This document shows, piece by piece, positions 46,251-56,720 of a stretch of DNA of 64,000 nucleotides (positions within the stretch are counted from its first letter, which is position 1; every line of letters starts with the position of its first letter). Below the pieces are notes generated by a model. It saw only the letters and a program-made list of their open reading frames with translations, did not search any database and had not been told where the DNA came from. Position numbers and translations under genes: made by a program. This DNA comes from Pseudomonadales bacterium. Its GTDB lineage: Bacteria > Pseudomonadota > Gammaproteobacteria > Pseudomonadales > Azotimanducaceae. Location: the NCBI GenBank assembly GCA_038153445.1, contig JAYOYG010000002.1, positions 9,628-73,627 of the forward strand. Direction: 5' to 3'.

Positions 46251-46919
46251 TTATTCGAGTGTAGCAGCCTCGGGGGTCTCCAGGGACATCGCCTTCGCCG
46301 AACCCGTGCCCAGTAGAGGGGTAAGGGCGGGCCAGAGGGCCTCAAGCATGAGGGGCTGGGCTTGGGCCGTGGGGTGGATGCCGTCGGCCTGCATCATGTC
46401 GGCGTTTAGGGGCAACAGGGAGCGGGTGAAGGGGAGGAGGGGAACGGCCTCTGCTTCTGCGACGGCCTCGAAGGTCCCCTGAAAGGCCCTCACATACCGG
46501 GGTCCGTAGTTGGGGGGCAGGGGGATGGAAACGAGTAGAACCTCAGCCCCCGTGGCCTTAATGGCTTTGACCATTTCCCTCAAGTTGCTGTGAATTTGCT
46601 CAATCGGGTACCCTCGCAACCCGTCGTTGCCCCCAAGTTCGAGGATGACCACATCGGGTTCCTGGCGGGCGAGCACGTCGCCTAGGCGCCGAAGGCCACC
46701 CCGGGTGGTCTCTCCGCTGATGGATGCGTTCACCAGCGCCACGGGCAGACCCGCCGCTTCGGTCCGCGCGGCGAGCAGGGCCACCCAGCCTTCGCCCGCT
46801 TGAAGGCCATAGCCCGCACTAAGGCTATCTCCGAAAACCAGTACCTTCTTGTCGTCCGCCCACGCTTCGAGCACGGGGAGGCACAGGAGGAGCATCAGCA
46901 AGGGAAGGCGTAGCGTCAT
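46251..46919 (-). CDS. tesA: SGNH/GDSL arylesterase-thioesterase I (TesA-like), secreted
   Basis: Listed ORF is 46251..47192, trimmed to the ATG at 46917-46919. Signal peptide MTLRLPLLMLLLCLPVLEAWA. SGNH blocks VFGDSLSAGYG, LGGNDGLRG and DGIHPT. It is divergent from ybbA, as in E. coli. Confidence 0.85.
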   Translation of the reverse strand: MTLRLPLLMLLLCLPVLEAWADDKKVLVFGDSLSAGYGLQAGEGWVALLAARTEAAGLPVALVNASISGETTRGGLRRLGDVLARQEPDVVILELGGNDGLRGYPIEQIHSNLREMVKAIKATGAEVLLVSIPLPPNYGPRYVRAFQGTFEAVAEAEAVPLLPFTRSLLPLNADMMQADGIHPTAQAQPLMLEALWPALTPLLGTGSAKAMSLETPEAATLE

Positions 46920-47616
46920 GGAATCGGATCGTCCTGTCATATTGTCGGCCCAGCGCCTGGGTAAGCGCCTAGCCCTCGGCGATGAGCAGCTTTCCATCCT
47001 TACGGGGATCGACCTTGAGATCAAGGCGGGGGATAGCGTTGCCCTCGTCGGCGCCTCGGGATCGGGGAAAACCACGCTCCTGGGGCTCTTGGCGGGGCTC
47101 GATACGCCTACGGAAGGGACGGTGCACTTCGCGGGCCAGCCCTTCAGTTCCGAGTCCGAAGATCGTCGCGCTGCCCTGCGGGCTGAGGGCATTGCCTTTG
47201 TGTTTCAGAACTTCCAGCTCCTGGGCGCCCTCACGGCCCTGGAGAATGTCATGATTCCCCTGGAGCTCGCAGGGCGGGAGGCCCCGGAGGCGTTAGCCCG
47301 CAGCTATCTGGAGCGGGTGGGCCTGGGCGACCGAGCCCGCCATACGCCGCGCCAGCTTTCCGGGGGAGAACAGCAGCGGGTGGCCCTGGCCCGGGCCTTC
47401 GCTGCCCAGCCCAAGCTGCTCTTTGCCGATGAGCCCACGGGCAATTTGGATCGGGCCACGGGGCAGCGCATCGCCGATTTGCTGTTTGAGCTGAATGCGG
47501 AGGCGAAGACCACCCTGGTGCTGGTCACCCACGATCCCGCCCTCGCAGCCCGCTGTGATCGGGCCCTGCGGGTTGAGGCGGGACAGCTTCACTCCAATCA
47601 GGATTCGACCCCGTGA
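46918..47616 (+). CDS. ybbA: ABC transporter ATP-binding protein (YbbA-like)
   Basis: Listed ORF is 46849..47616, trimmed to the ATG at 46918. Walker A GASGSGKTTL, signature LSGGEQQRV, Walker B LLFADEPT. Confidence 0.85.
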   Translation: MESDRPVILSAQRLGKRLALGDEQLSILTGIDLEIKAGDSVALVGASGSGKTTLLGLLAGLDTPTEGTVHFAGQPFSSESEDRRAALRAEGIAFVFQNFQLLGALTALENVMIPLELAGREAPEALARSYLERVGLGDRARHTPRQLSGGEQQRVALARAFAAQPKLLFADEPTGNLDRATGQRIADLLFELNAEAKTTLVLVTHDPALAARCDRALRVEAGQLHSNQDSTP

Positions 47617-50090
47617 GCCGAGGCCTGGCCCAGCGCATGCTTCGCCGGCACTGGCGGGGCGGGGAGCTTAGGCTCCTCGCCGCAGCGCTGCTTCTGGCCA
47701 TTACCGCGGTAACCGGCATTTCCCTCTTCGTGGACCGGCTCGAGCGGGCCCTCGTGCTCGAGGCCAGCGCCTTTCTGGCCGCGGACCGGCGCATCGAAGG
47801 TCGAGAGGTCCCTCCGGAGGCCTGGGAGGCCGAGGCCCAGGCCCTGGGCCTGGCGACGGCGCGCACCGTGGGCTTTACCTCCATGGCCTTTTCCGACCTC
47901 GATGCCCTTCTGGTATCGGTGCAGGCCGTTTCATCGACCTATCCCCTGCGCGGCGCCTTAAAAACGGCCAGCGATCCCCTGGCCGCGGGCGCCGTCACTA
48001 CGGATACCCCGGCCCCGGGAACGCTATGGGCGGCACCCCGGGTACTCCTGTCTCTGGGTCTGGAGGTGGGAGCAACCCTCGATCTAGGGGCGGCCTCCCT
48101 GCGCATCGACCGGGTGCTGACCGATACGCCGGATCAGGGCGGGAACTTTTTGCTGGCCCCCCGGGTGCTCATGGCCATAGAGGATGTGGCCAAAACCCAG
48201 GTGCTTCGCCCGGGCGCCCGGGTGGAGCACGCGCTGCTCCTTGCGGGCCCGGAATCGGCCCTTGGGGCCTTTGAGGCGCGGCTTCCGGCGGATTTTGACG
48301 CGCGCTTTGATCTTGAGGACGTGCGCACCGGGAACCGGAGCCTGGGGCGGGCCTTGGATCGAGCGGAGCGCTTTCTTCGCCTCGGGGGACTCATGGCCGT
48401 GCTTTTGGCCAGCCTTGCCGTGGCCCTCGCAGCGTCGCGCTATGCGTCCCAGCAAGCCGACGCGGTGGCGGTGATGAAAACCCTGGGCGCCTCCAGCGGC
48501 ACCATTCGGCGCCTCTATCTTGGGCAGCTTTTTCAGCTGGGCGCGCTGGTGACCGGGCTGGCTCTGGGCCTGGCCTACGGGGTGCAGGCGGCGCTTTTTA
48601 AGCTGCTCGCCGCTTACGTGCCCGTGGCCCTGCCCGCACCGGGGTGGGTGCCCTGGGTCCTGGGCACGCTAACGGGCTGGCTATGCCTGCTGGCCTTTGC
48701 CCTGCCGCCCCTTCTCGAGCTTGAGACGGTGACGCCGGTGCGCGTGCTCCGCCGCGACCTGACCCAGGCCTCCCGGAAGGGGCCGCTCTACCGAGGGCTC
48801 GGGCTCCTGGCCCTCCTGGGGCTTCTCTTCGCCTACGCGGGAAGCTTCGAGCTCGCGGGCTGGGTGCTCCTGGGCCTCGGCGGCACTTCCGCCTTCTTCG
48901 CCGCCCTCGCCTTTGTCCTGCTTCGCAGTGGGCGGGTGCTGGGGATGCAGGCCGGACGCGCCTGGCGTCTGGGGCTGGCCGCCCTGTCCCGGCGCCAGGG
49001 GGCCAGCATTGTGCAGATGCTGGTCTTTGGCACGGCGCTCATGCTGCTTCTCACCCTGACCGTGCTGCGGAGTTCGCTCCTCGATAGCTGGCGGGCCCAG
49101 CTCCCGGAGGGGGCGCCCAATCACTTCGTGCTGAATTTGGACAGCGAGGAGCGGGCGGCCTTTCAGCAAGCCCTCGAAGCCCAGGGCGTTGCCCCCCAGC
49201 CGGCCTTCCCCATGACTCGAGGGCGGATCACGGCGGTGAATGGGGAGGTCCTCGACCCGAAGGCCAGCCGCGCCGCAGCCCGGCTCACGGAGGAGCGTAA
49301 TTTAAGCTGGAGTGGACCTTTGCCCGAGGGCAATGAGGTCGTGGCGGGCCAGTGGTGGGCGGGTGCGGGGGCAGCTCCGGGGCTGTCCCTCGAGGCGGAT
49401 TTTGCCGAGAACGTTGGGCTTGCCCTGGGGGATCGGGTGACCCTTGAGGTGGGGGATCAGCGCTTCGATCTGCCGCTAGTCGCGCTCCGCCGCGTTGCCT
49501 GGGATTCCCTGCGCCCGAACTTTTTTCTGCTCGTCTCTCCGGGCCTGCTTGAGGATCGGGACGCCACCTACCTCACGAGCTTCTTCCTTTCGCCGGACCG
49601 CCAAAGCGCCTTACCGACCCTCCTTCGCGCGTTTCCGAGCGTCAGCATCATTGCCGTGGATGGGCTCATTGCACAGCTTCAACAAATCGTTGCTCGGGTC
49701 TCCATCGCGGTCGAGGTGGTGCTCTTTTTGGTGCTGGGCGCGGGGGCTCTTGTGCTGTTGGCCTCGATCCAGTCGACCATGGATGAACGGCTTCGGGAGT
49801 ACGGCCTGTTGCGCGCCCTCGGGGGTAGCCGGCAGCGCCTTCAGGGGGCACTGGTAGTGGAATTTGCTACCCTGGGGGTCTTCTCGGGCATGCTGGCGGC
49901 CCTGGGCGCTGAACTGATGATCTGGGCAATGGAAACGCAACTCTTCGGTCTTCCGGCACAAAGCCATGGCATCCTCTGGTTCCTTGGTCCCGTGCTCGGG
50001 GTAACCTTGGTCCTTACCCTGGGGCTCCTAGCCACCCGTAAGGTGATTTCCGTGCCGCCCCTCACCGTGCTTCGGGAGCACGGGGCGTGA
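47613..50090 (+). CDS. ybbP: ABC transporter permease with two FtsX-like modules (YbbP-like)
   Basis: 825 aa. Its start overlaps the ybbA stop by 4 nt. Duplicated 4-TM FtsX-type permease architecture. Confidence 0.85.
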   Translation: MSRGLAQRMLRRHWRGGELRLLAAALLLAITAVTGISLFVDRLERALVLEASAFLAADRRIEGREVPPEAWEAEAQALGLATARTVGFTSMAFSDLDALLVSVQAVSSTYPLRGALKTASDPLAAGAVTTDTPAPGTLWAAPRVLLSLGLEVGATLDLGAASLRIDRVLTDTPDQGGNFLLAPRVLMAIEDVAKTQVLRPGARVEHALLLAGPESALGAFEARLPADFDARFDLEDVRTGNRSLGRALDRAERFLRLGGLMAVLLASLAVALAASRYASQQADAVAVMKTLGASSGTIRRLYLGQLFQLGALVTGLALGLAYGVQAALFKLLAAYVPVALPAPGWVPWVLGTLTGWLCLLAFALPPLLELETVTPVRVLRRDLTQASRKGPLYRGLGLLALLGLLFAYAGSFELAGWVLLGLGGTSAFFAALAFVLLRSGRVLGMQAGRAWRLGLAALSRRQGASIVQMLVFGTALMLLLTLTVLRSSLLDSWRAQLPEGAPNHFVLNLDSEERAAFQQALEAQGVAPQPAFPMTRGRITAVNGEVLDPKASRAAARLTEERNLSWSGPLPEGNEVVAGQWWAGAGAAPGLSLEADFAENVGLALGDRVTLEVGDQRFDLPLVALRRVAWDSLRPNFFLLVSPGLLEDRDATYLTSFFLSPDRQSALPTLLRAFPSVSIIAVDGLIAQLQQIVARVSIAVEVVLFLVLGAGALVLLASIQSTMDERLREYGLLRALGGSRQRLQGALVVEFATLGVFSGMLAALGAELMIWAMETQLFGLPAQSHGILWFLGPVLGVTLVLTLGLLATRKVISVPPLTVLREHGA

Positions 50091-50911
50091 AAGCGCTGCA
50101 GGTGCTTCTGGCGCGGCTTAGAACCTTGCCTCGGCCGTCGCTCCGGCAGGGGCAGGGGTTTGGCGCGGGGCTGGTGGTGGTGGCGCTGCTCCTGTGGTGG
50201 GCAGGGCATCGTCCCGAGGGCGAGGCCGTCGATTCGGTCCTTCGAGGCTCGGCGCCGGAGCAGGTTCCCGATTTCGCCGCGCTGCCGACGGTGAGTGCTC
50301 GGAAAGCGGCGTTTTTCGCCTTTCTCCTACCGCGCATTGAGGCGGAGAACCAGCGTATCGGCGAACTCCGGGCCCGCATCGAGGCGTTGAAAACCGCGGA
50401 AGGGCCCTGGGACGGGGCGACGGAAGGGTGGCTGGTAGCCCTTGAGGACCACTACGGTCTACCGTCCCCTGGGGATGGCGCTGATCGTCTGCTCCGCCTG
50501 CTTCGCCGCGTGGATCGCATTCCCCCCTCCCTGGCCCTGGCCCAGGCCGCCACGGAGTCGGCCTGGGGCACCTCGCGCTTTGCTCAGGTCGGTCGCAATT
50601 TCTTTGGCCAGTGGTGCTACAGCGAGGGGTGCGGCCTGGTGCCTCTGCTACGTCCGGAGGGGTCGGAGCACGAGGTGCGCCTCTTCGAGCGCTCCGCCGA
50701 TTCCGTGGTGAGCTACATGCATAACTTAAACAGCCACCCGGCCCACCGTTCCTTCCGCGTGCTGCGGGCTGCGGCGCGGCGCGAGGGGCGCCCCCTCTCC
50801 GGAGAGCTGCTTGCCCCCGGGCTGTTGCGCTATTCCGAACGGCGAGCGGCTTACGTCGCCGATCTCCTCGCCATCATGCGCTTCAATCGCCTCGGTCGCT
50901 TCGATCACTAG
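50087..50911 (+). CDS. bax: Bax-like glucosaminidase-domain protein
   Basis: 274 aa. GTGA overlap with ybbP. LALAQAATESAWGTSRFA and NFFGQWCY are typical of the mannosyl-glycoprotein endo-beta-N-acetylglucosaminidase fold in Bax. Confidence 0.75.
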   Translation: MKALQVLLARLRTLPRPSLRQGQGFGAGLVVVALLLWWAGHRPEGEAVDSVLRGSAPEQVPDFAALPTVSARKAAFFAFLLPRIEAENQRIGELRARIEALKTAEGPWDGATEGWLVALEDHYGLPSPGDGADRLLRLLRRVDRIPPSLALAQAATESAWGTSRFAQVGRNFFGQWCYSEGCGLVPLLRPEGSEHEVRLFERSADSVVSYMHNLNSHPAHRSFRVLRAAARREGRPLSGELLAPGLLRYSERRAAYVADLLAIMRFNRLGRFDH

Positions 50912-52017
50912 GGCAGGCGCAGCAGAGGCTGGGACAGCCAGTGCCAGTGGCCTCCCGGCCCCTGGGCCGTACAGTTAAAGCGGCTTCGCCCCAGGGGCAC
51001 GGGGGCGGGTGCCGAAGCTTCCACCCGGTTTCCCTCTCGCGTCGTGGGAATCGCGCCTTGGCCACTTAAGTAGCACTGCACCGGTCCCCGGTGGGCCTCG
51101 GGGAAACGCAGGGTGAAGCGGAGCGTGGGCTGCTCTGCCCCCGGGGGCAAAATCATGGAGGTCGGGCTTTCCATGGTGGCCGCCAGGGCCTTCATGGTGA
51201 GCTTGGGACCCAGGCTTTTGAGGTCCCCATAAACTCCGGAGGCGGGAAAGCGGGGAAGGGCTTGGGGATCGCTGCCCGCCCATAGCGGGCCCGAATGCTG
51301 TCCGAACGCTGCATAGCCCTGGGCCTTCAGCCAGGCCTGGAGCGCCGGGGCGAACTCGCCGTAGGGGTAGGCGAAGAGCTTGGGCTGGGCGCCCAGTTCG
51401 GCGTCAATGCGGACCTGGGCGTCAAGCACCTGGCTCTCGAGGTAGGTCTCGAAGGCCGGTGCCGCCGGGGGCGGGAGTCCCTGGCCTTCGCCGCGCACCA
51501 TGTAGTCGTGGCGCAGGCCGTGGTTGCCGATGGTCGCCCCCTCGGCGGTCAGCTGTCGAAGCTGGTCCCAGGACAGAAAACCGCCGTGGCGCCCATCGAT
51601 GGGCTCGGGATTCACGAAAATGGTGTAGGGCCAGCCCCGGGCCTGGAGCAGGGGGTGGGCGGCCTCCGCTATGCTTTCATAGGCGTCGTCGAAGGTGATG
51701 GCGAGCGCCGTCTCCGGTAAAGTGCGCCCCGCCTGGAGCGCCTCGAGCGCCTCCGCAAGGGGGAGCACGGTCGCGCCCCTTGCTTCGATGGCCTCGAGGT
51801 GAGCGGCAAACTGGGCCGGAGTGACGGAGGTGCTGGCCGGCGTGTCTGTCGCCACGAAGTGATATTGCAGCACCACCACGCTGGGCGGGTAGGGCGGTGA
51901 GCTTTCCTCTCCGCCGAAGGTACTGCTCCCGAGGAGCGCAAGGCTTCCAAGCATGGCGCTGCGCAGCCAACGGCTTGACGAATTTCGCAGCCAACGATGA
52001 AAGGATGGGCTCAGCAT
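50908..52017 (-). CDS. Polysaccharide deacetylase (NodB homology) family protein, secreted
   Basis: NodB motif [11 protein letters not shown]. Signal-like N-terminus. Start placed at the ATG at 52015-52017 (MLSPSF...); the listed ORF begins 9 nt upstream at a GTG. Confidence 0.75.
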   Translation of the reverse strand: MLSPSFHRWLRNSSSRWLRSAMLGSLALLGSSTFGGEESSPPYPPSVVVLQYHFVATDTPASTSVTPAQFAAHLEAIEARGATVLPLAEALEALQAGRTLPETALAITFDDAYESIAEAAHPLLQARGWPYTIFVNPEPIDGRHGGFLSWDQLRQLTAEGATIGNHGLRHDYMVRGEGQGLPPPAAPAFETYLESQVLDAQVRIDAELGAQPKLFAYPYGEFAPALQAWLKAQGYAAFGQHSGPLWAGSDPQALPRFPASGVYGDLKSLGPKLTMKALAATMESPTSMILPPGAEQPTLRFTLRFPEAHRGPVQCYLSGQGAIPTTREGNRVEASAPAPVPLGRSRFNCTAQGPGGHWHWLSQPLLRLP

Positions 52018-52849
52018 GGCAACCACTCCCGCCTATGAACGCGCCAAGCTTCAGAAGCGGCTTCGCCGCCAGGTCGGGCAGGCCATCGCCGACTACGCCA
52101 TGATCGAGGCGGGCGATCGCGTGATGGTGTGCCTTTCCGGGGGAAAGGACTCCTATACCCTTCTCGATATCTTACGCCAGCTTCAGGCGACGGCGCCCAT
52201 CGAATTCGAGCTCGTGGCGGTGAATCTCGATCAGAAGCAGCCGAATTTTCCCGAGCACGTGCTGCCGACCTACCTCGAGGGGTTGGGCATCGAATATCAC
52301 ATCATCGAGCAGGACACCTACAGCGTGGTGAAGGCGCTGACGCCGGAGGGGAAAACCTACTGCCCGGTGTGCTCGCGCATGCGCCGGGGCGCCCTCTATA
52401 ACTTTGCCCGGCGCATTGGGGCTACTAAGGTGGCGCTGGGGCATCACCTTGATGACATCGTGGAAACGCTCTTTTTGAACCTCTTTCACGGAGCGACCTT
52501 AAAGGCCATGCCGCCGAAGCTGCTGTCCGATGATGGGGACCATATTCTCATTCGTCCCCTGGCTTACTGCCGAGAGAAGGACATTGCGCGCTGGGCCGAG
52601 GTCCAAGCCTTCCCCATCATTCCCTGCGATCTCTGTGGTAGCCAGGACGGCCTGGAGCGCCAGGTCATTAAGCGCATGCTTGCCGAATGGGAGCGGGTTC
52701 ACCCTGCGCGCATTGAAAAGATTGCCGGGGCTCTGCGCCGGGTCGTGCCTTCCCACCTTATGGATCGGGAGCTCTTCGACTTTGCAGGCCTCGACGCGGA
52801 GCGGGCGGCGCGCCCCGAATCCCTGCGCATCCCCGTAAAGGAAGGCTAG
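52016..52849 (+). CDS. ttcA: tRNA 2-thiocytidine(32) synthetase
   Basis: 277 aa. PP-loop VCLSGGKDS. Cys motifs [10 protein letters not shown] and PCDLCGSQ. Confidence 0.9.
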   Translation: MATTPAYERAKLQKRLRRQVGQAIADYAMIEAGDRVMVCLSGGKDSYTLLDILRQLQATAPIEFELVAVNLDQKQPNFPEHVLPTYLEGLGIEYHIIEQDTYSVVKALTPEGKTYCPVCSRMRRGALYNFARRIGATKVALGHHLDDIVETLFLNLFHGATLKAMPPKLLSDDGDHILIRPLAYCREKDIARWAEVQAFPIIPCDLCGSQDGLERQVIKRMLAEWERVHPARIEKIAGALRRVVPSHLMDRELFDFAGLDAERAARPESLRIPVKEG

Positions 52850-52850
52850 C

Positions 52851-53081
52851 GTGCCCATCGCCATTCCCCTAGACGCCCTGGACGAAGAGACCCTCCAGGC
52901 GGTGCTCGAAGCCTTCGTCACGGAGGAGGGTACGGACTACGGTCACCGGGACTACAGCTTGGGGGAGAAGGTGGCAGCGGTTCGCGGTCAGCTCACCCAG
53001 GGGACGGCCGTACTGTGCTATGACGAAGCGACGGAGTCCGTGACGGTCCTCCCGAAGGATCAGCTCCCCGCCGATTTTTAA
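52851..53081 (+). CDS. yheU: YheU family protein (UPF0270)
   Basis: 76 aa, GTG start. LDEETLQAVLEAFVTEEGTDYG parallels E. coli YheU. Confidence 0.8.
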   Translation: MPIAIPLDALDEETLQAVLEAFVTEEGTDYGHRDYSLGEKVAAVRGQLTQGTAVLCYDEATESVTVLPKDQLPADF

Positions 53082-53152
53082 GGAACATTGCCGCCCCTGG
53101 GGCCCTGCGCTATGGTCCAGCGCCGTCCCCCCAAACCTTTTGGAGAGCCTCC

Positions 53153-55249
53153 ATGCTGTGCCGTTTGTCCCTTGCCTCGCTTACCGTTGCGGCCCTTGTC
53201 AGTTCCGCCATGGCGGGCGCTGCGGACACCGACTCGTCTGATGCTCGCCTCGAGACGATAACCGTCTCAGCGAGACCGGCCCTCTCCGACGCTTTTACGG
53301 AGGTTGGGGCCCTGACCACCCTTAGCGGTGAGCTGGTGGAGGGGCTTGCGCCGGTGCACGGGCAGGAGCTCTTCGTGCGGGTGCCGGGGGCCTGGGTGTC
53401 CCGGGGTTCGGGGCAGGAGCACCTCATGGCGCTGCGCTCGCCGGTGCTCGCCGGTCCCGGCGCCTGTGGCGCCTTTCTGCTCCTCGAGGACGGTATTCCC
53501 CTGCGTCCCGCGGGGTTTTGCAACGTCAATAACCTGTTTGAGATGAACCTAGCCCAGGCATCCGGCGTAGAAGTGCTTCGGGGCCCGGGCTCTGCGCTCT
53601 ACGGTGGCACCGCGCTCCTTGGCGCCGTCAACGTGCGTTCAGCGGCGCCCGCAGCGGAGCTTGCCGGTCCGGAAGGTATGATCCAAGCCGAGCTGGGGCC
53701 CTGGTCCTATGGGGGGCTTCAGGGGCAGGTGGCCGCGCCCCTGGGCGAGGAGCGGGTACTGGCCACCTTTGACGTGGTGGACACGGACGGCTGGCAGGAC
53801 GACACGGGCTTCCGGCACCGCAAGGGCAGCCTGCGTGCCCAGGGGGAGAGGGGCGCCTGGCGCCATGATTTCCAGCTCTCCGGAGCCTCTCTGGATCAGA
53901 ATACGGGAGGCTTCGTGGTGGGGCCGGAGGCCTTTGCCGACGCCACCCTTCGCAATACCAATCCCAACCCCGAGGCCTATCGGGAGGCCTATGCACTGCG
54001 GGCCTCGCTAGGCCTTGAGCGCGACCTCCCCGCCGGGGCCATGCTTGGCATTACGCCCTACGCGCGTCGTTCGGAAATGGAATTCTTTCAGCACTTCCTC
54101 CCGGGCCAGCCTCTCGAGGAAAACGGACAGGACAGCCTAGGGGTGATCGCTCGGGTAACGAAGGCTGGGGAGCGCTGGCGTGGCATCGTTGGCCTCCAGC
54201 TGGAGTGGGCGGATACCTGGCTGACTCAGCGGCAAGATGGCCCCACGGTGGGTTCCGCTTTCCTCGTGGCTACGCGCCCCGAGGGGCAGCACTACGATTA
54301 CGCGGTGGAGAGCACCCTGGCGGCCGCCTTCTATGACGTTTCCCTGGACCTCTCGCCGCGCCTGACTCTCGTGCACAGTGCCCGTCTCGAGCAGCTTCGC
54401 TACGACTATGACAACCGGATGCTGGCCGGGAACACGCGGGATGACGGCACGGCCTGCGGCTTCGGCGGCTGTAACTACTCGCGCCCAGAGGATCGGGAAG
54501 ATCGATTCACGGATCAAGCCGGTCGTCTGGGGGTCGTTTATGGCCTCACGGCCCACAGCCAGCTGGCGTTCACCGCCTCCGCCGGTTTCCGGGCGCCGCA
54601 GAGCACGGAGCTTTACCGCCTGCAGTCCGGGCAGACCGTGGCCGATCTCCGCAGCGAGTTTGTGCGCAGCTTTGAGCTGGCCTATGGCTATGCTCGGGAC
54701 GGCTTCACCCTAAGCCTGACGGCCTTCGAGCAGCGGGCCGAGGATCAGGTCCTCCGGGACGCGGAGGGCTTCAACATCTCCGCAGGCAAGACCGATAGCG
54801 ATGGGGTAGAGGGGCAGCTCAGCTACGCCATCTATCCCACGCTCTCCCTCGCAGCGCAGGTGACCTATGCGCGCCATCGCTATGCCTTCAGCCAGGATCT
54901 GGGACGGGGAGAGGCCATTCAAAAGGGGGATGATGTCGATACGGCACCGCGGTGGTTGGGCTCGGCGCAGCTGCGCTGGACCCCGAGCGACGCCGTTAGC
55001 CTGGAGCTGGAAAACGTCACCATGGGGGATTACTTCATGGATGCGGGAAACACGGCGCGCTATGACGGCCACCGCGTTTGGAACCTTCGCGGGCGCTATG
55101 CCGTCTCCGATCAGCTCACGGTCGCCCTTCGCATCTTGAATCTGGCAGACGAGCGCTACGCTGAGCGCGCGGATTTGGCCTTTGGGAATGAGCGCTATTT
55201 CGTCGGCCAGCCTCAGCGAGCGCACTTAAGCGTTCGCTACGACTTCTAA
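53153..55249 (+). CDS. TonB-dependent outer-membrane receptor
   Basis: 698 aa. Signal peptide ending AMAGA. Plug-domain motifs (ETITVSA, VEVLRGPGSALYGG). Beta-barrel body ends in the aromatic terminus VRYDF. Confidence 0.85.
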   Translation: MLCRLSLASLTVAALVSSAMAGAADTDSSDARLETITVSARPALSDAFTEVGALTTLSGELVEGLAPVHGQELFVRVPGAWVSRGSGQEHLMALRSPVLAGPGACGAFLLLEDGIPLRPAGFCNVNNLFEMNLAQASGVEVLRGPGSALYGGTALLGAVNVRSAAPAAELAGPEGMIQAELGPWSYGGLQGQVAAPLGEERVLATFDVVDTDGWQDDTGFRHRKGSLRAQGERGAWRHDFQLSGASLDQNTGGFVVGPEAFADATLRNTNPNPEAYREAYALRASLGLERDLPAGAMLGITPYARRSEMEFFQHFLPGQPLEENGQDSLGVIARVTKAGERWRGIVGLQLEWADTWLTQRQDGPTVGSAFLVATRPEGQHYDYAVESTLAAAFYDVSLDLSPRLTLVHSARLEQLRYDYDNRMLAGNTRDDGTACGFGGCNYSRPEDREDRFTDQAGRLGVVYGLTAHSQLAFTASAGFRAPQSTELYRLQSGQTVADLRSEFVRSFELAYGYARDGFTLSLTAFEQRAEDQVLRDAEGFNISAGKTDSDGVEGQLSYAIYPTLSLAAQVTYARHRYAFSQDLGRGEAIQKGDDVDTAPRWLGSAQLRWTPSDAVSLELENVTMGDYFMDAGNTARYDGHRVWNLRGRYAVSDQLTVALRILNLADERYAERADLAFGNERYFVGQPQRAHLSVRYDF

Positions 55250-55250
55250 G

Positions 55251-56327
55251 GTGAGTCTGGATCGTTGGATCGGGCTCTGCCGACCGGGCTTTGAGGGCGA
55301 CCTCGCCGCGGAGCTCACGACCGTACTGGCCGAGGAGGGCGTTGGGGGCTATGCCCGCACGGAGGCCGGGGAAGGCCTGGTGGAGTGGGTGGCTTACGGT
55401 TTAAGCCCCCGGGAGCTCCTGGCGCTGCGGTCCCTGCCGGCGCTTCAGGAGCTGGTGTTTTGCCGCCAGCTCTCCCTGGCCGGACCCCAACTAACGGCGC
55501 TCGACCCGGCGGACCGGGCTTCGGGTATCGCGGCCGCGGCGCCCTGGCCCGCCGCCGAGGTGCTCGTGGAAAGCCCCGCGGGCCCGGCCTATGCGGGGCT
55601 AGAGCGCCTCGCCAAGCGCCTGCCCGGGCCCATCCGCGGCGCTCTTGAGGATGGGGGCAAGCTTGCCGGTCCTCAGGATCGGAAGCTGCGACTCCATGTC
55701 ACCCTAGCGAGCGGCACCTCCGCCTGGGTGGGCTATGCGCCGGCGGCCTTGAGCCTGGCCGAGCCCGGAGGCGTGCGCCGCCTGCGCCGCCTGGCCGGTG
55801 CTCCCAGTCGCTCCGGGGTGAAGCTTCAGGAAGCCTTCATGCATTTCCTGTCCCCCACGGAGCGGCACCTGGCCTTCGCCGGCCGACCGACCGCCGTGGA
55901 TTTGGGGGCCGCCCCCGGGGGCTGGACCTTTGTGCTGCGCAGCCTGGGGGCTGAAGTGCTGGCGGTGGACAATGGGGCGCTGGATCCGAGCCTTGCGGAG
56001 GATCCCCTGGTGATTCACGTGAAGGGCGACGCCTTTACCTATGAGCCGCCGCGCACCGTGGACTGGCTGGTGTGCGACGTGGTGGATAAGCCTGCTCGGG
56101 TGGTGGAAACGCTGGCCCGCTGGCTGCGCCGGCGCTGGGCCATGCGGGCGATCTTCAACCTGAAGTTGCCCATGAAGCAGCGCCACGCCGCGGTGATGGA
56201 TGCGCGGGAACGCTTCTTTCGGATTCTCGGTCCCCGGGCCGAGGAGTACACCTTTGCGGTGAAGCAGCTTTATCATGACCGGGAAGAGGTGACCTGCTAC
56301 GCGGCCCCCCGGGGCGGCGACCACTGA
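55251..56327 (+). CDS. rlmM: 23S rRNA (cytidine2498-2'-O)-methyltransferase
   Basis: 358 aa, GTG start. SAM-binding AVDLGAAPGGWTFVL and VLAVDNG, then WLVCDVVDKP, as in RlmM/YgdE. Confidence 0.85.
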   Translation: MSLDRWIGLCRPGFEGDLAAELTTVLAEEGVGGYARTEAGEGLVEWVAYGLSPRELLALRSLPALQELVFCRQLSLAGPQLTALDPADRASGIAAAAPWPAAEVLVESPAGPAYAGLERLAKRLPGPIRGALEDGGKLAGPQDRKLRLHVTLASGTSAWVGYAPAALSLAEPGGVRRLRRLAGAPSRSGVKLQEAFMHFLSPTERHLAFAGRPTAVDLGAAPGGWTFVLRSLGAEVLAVDNGALDPSLAEDPLVIHVKGDAFTYEPPRTVDWLVCDVVDKPARVVETLARWLRRRWAMRAIFNLKLPMKQRHAAVMDARERFFRILGPRAEEYTFAVKQLYHDREEVTCYAAPRGGDH

Positions 56328-56338
56328 GCGGAGGGGCC

Positions 56339-56695
56339 ATGACCAGCACTGTGGGGGCCGGGGAACGCAGCAAGCTGCTCTCCCTTGAGATCCGGGATCG
56401 CGCCGCCCTCTACGGCGCCTACATGCCCTTTCTCACCCATGGTGGTTTGTTCATCCCTACCCAAACCCTTTATCCCTTGGGTACGGAGCTCTTCCTGCTC
56501 CTGAGCTTGCTTGATGCGCCGGAGAAGTTCCCCACGGCGGCGCGCGTGGTGTGGCGCACGCCGGTGGGGGCCCAGGGGGGGCGCAAGGCCGGCCTCGGGG
56601 TGGCTTTTACTGAACCTGACTGTCCTGCGCGCAGCTATATCGAGCGGCAGCTCGCCGGGCTCAAGGCCGACGAGCGCCCCACGCATACGCTCTAG
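56339..56695 (+). CDS. pilZ: PilZ domain protein (type IV pilus assembly PilZ type)
   Basis: 118 aa. LSLEIRDRAALYGAYMPFLTHGGLFIPT resembles Pseudomonas PilZ. It lies immediately upstream of tatD, which is the usual pilZ-tatD arrangement. Confidence 0.8.
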   Translation: MTSTVGAGERSKLLSLEIRDRAALYGAYMPFLTHGGLFIPTQTLYPLGTELFLLLSLLDAPEKFPTAARVVWRTPVGAQGGRKAGLGVAFTEPDCPARSYIERQLAGLKADERPTHTL

Positions 56696-56720
56696 CCCCG
56701 ATTCCCTGAGGAGTTTTTCC

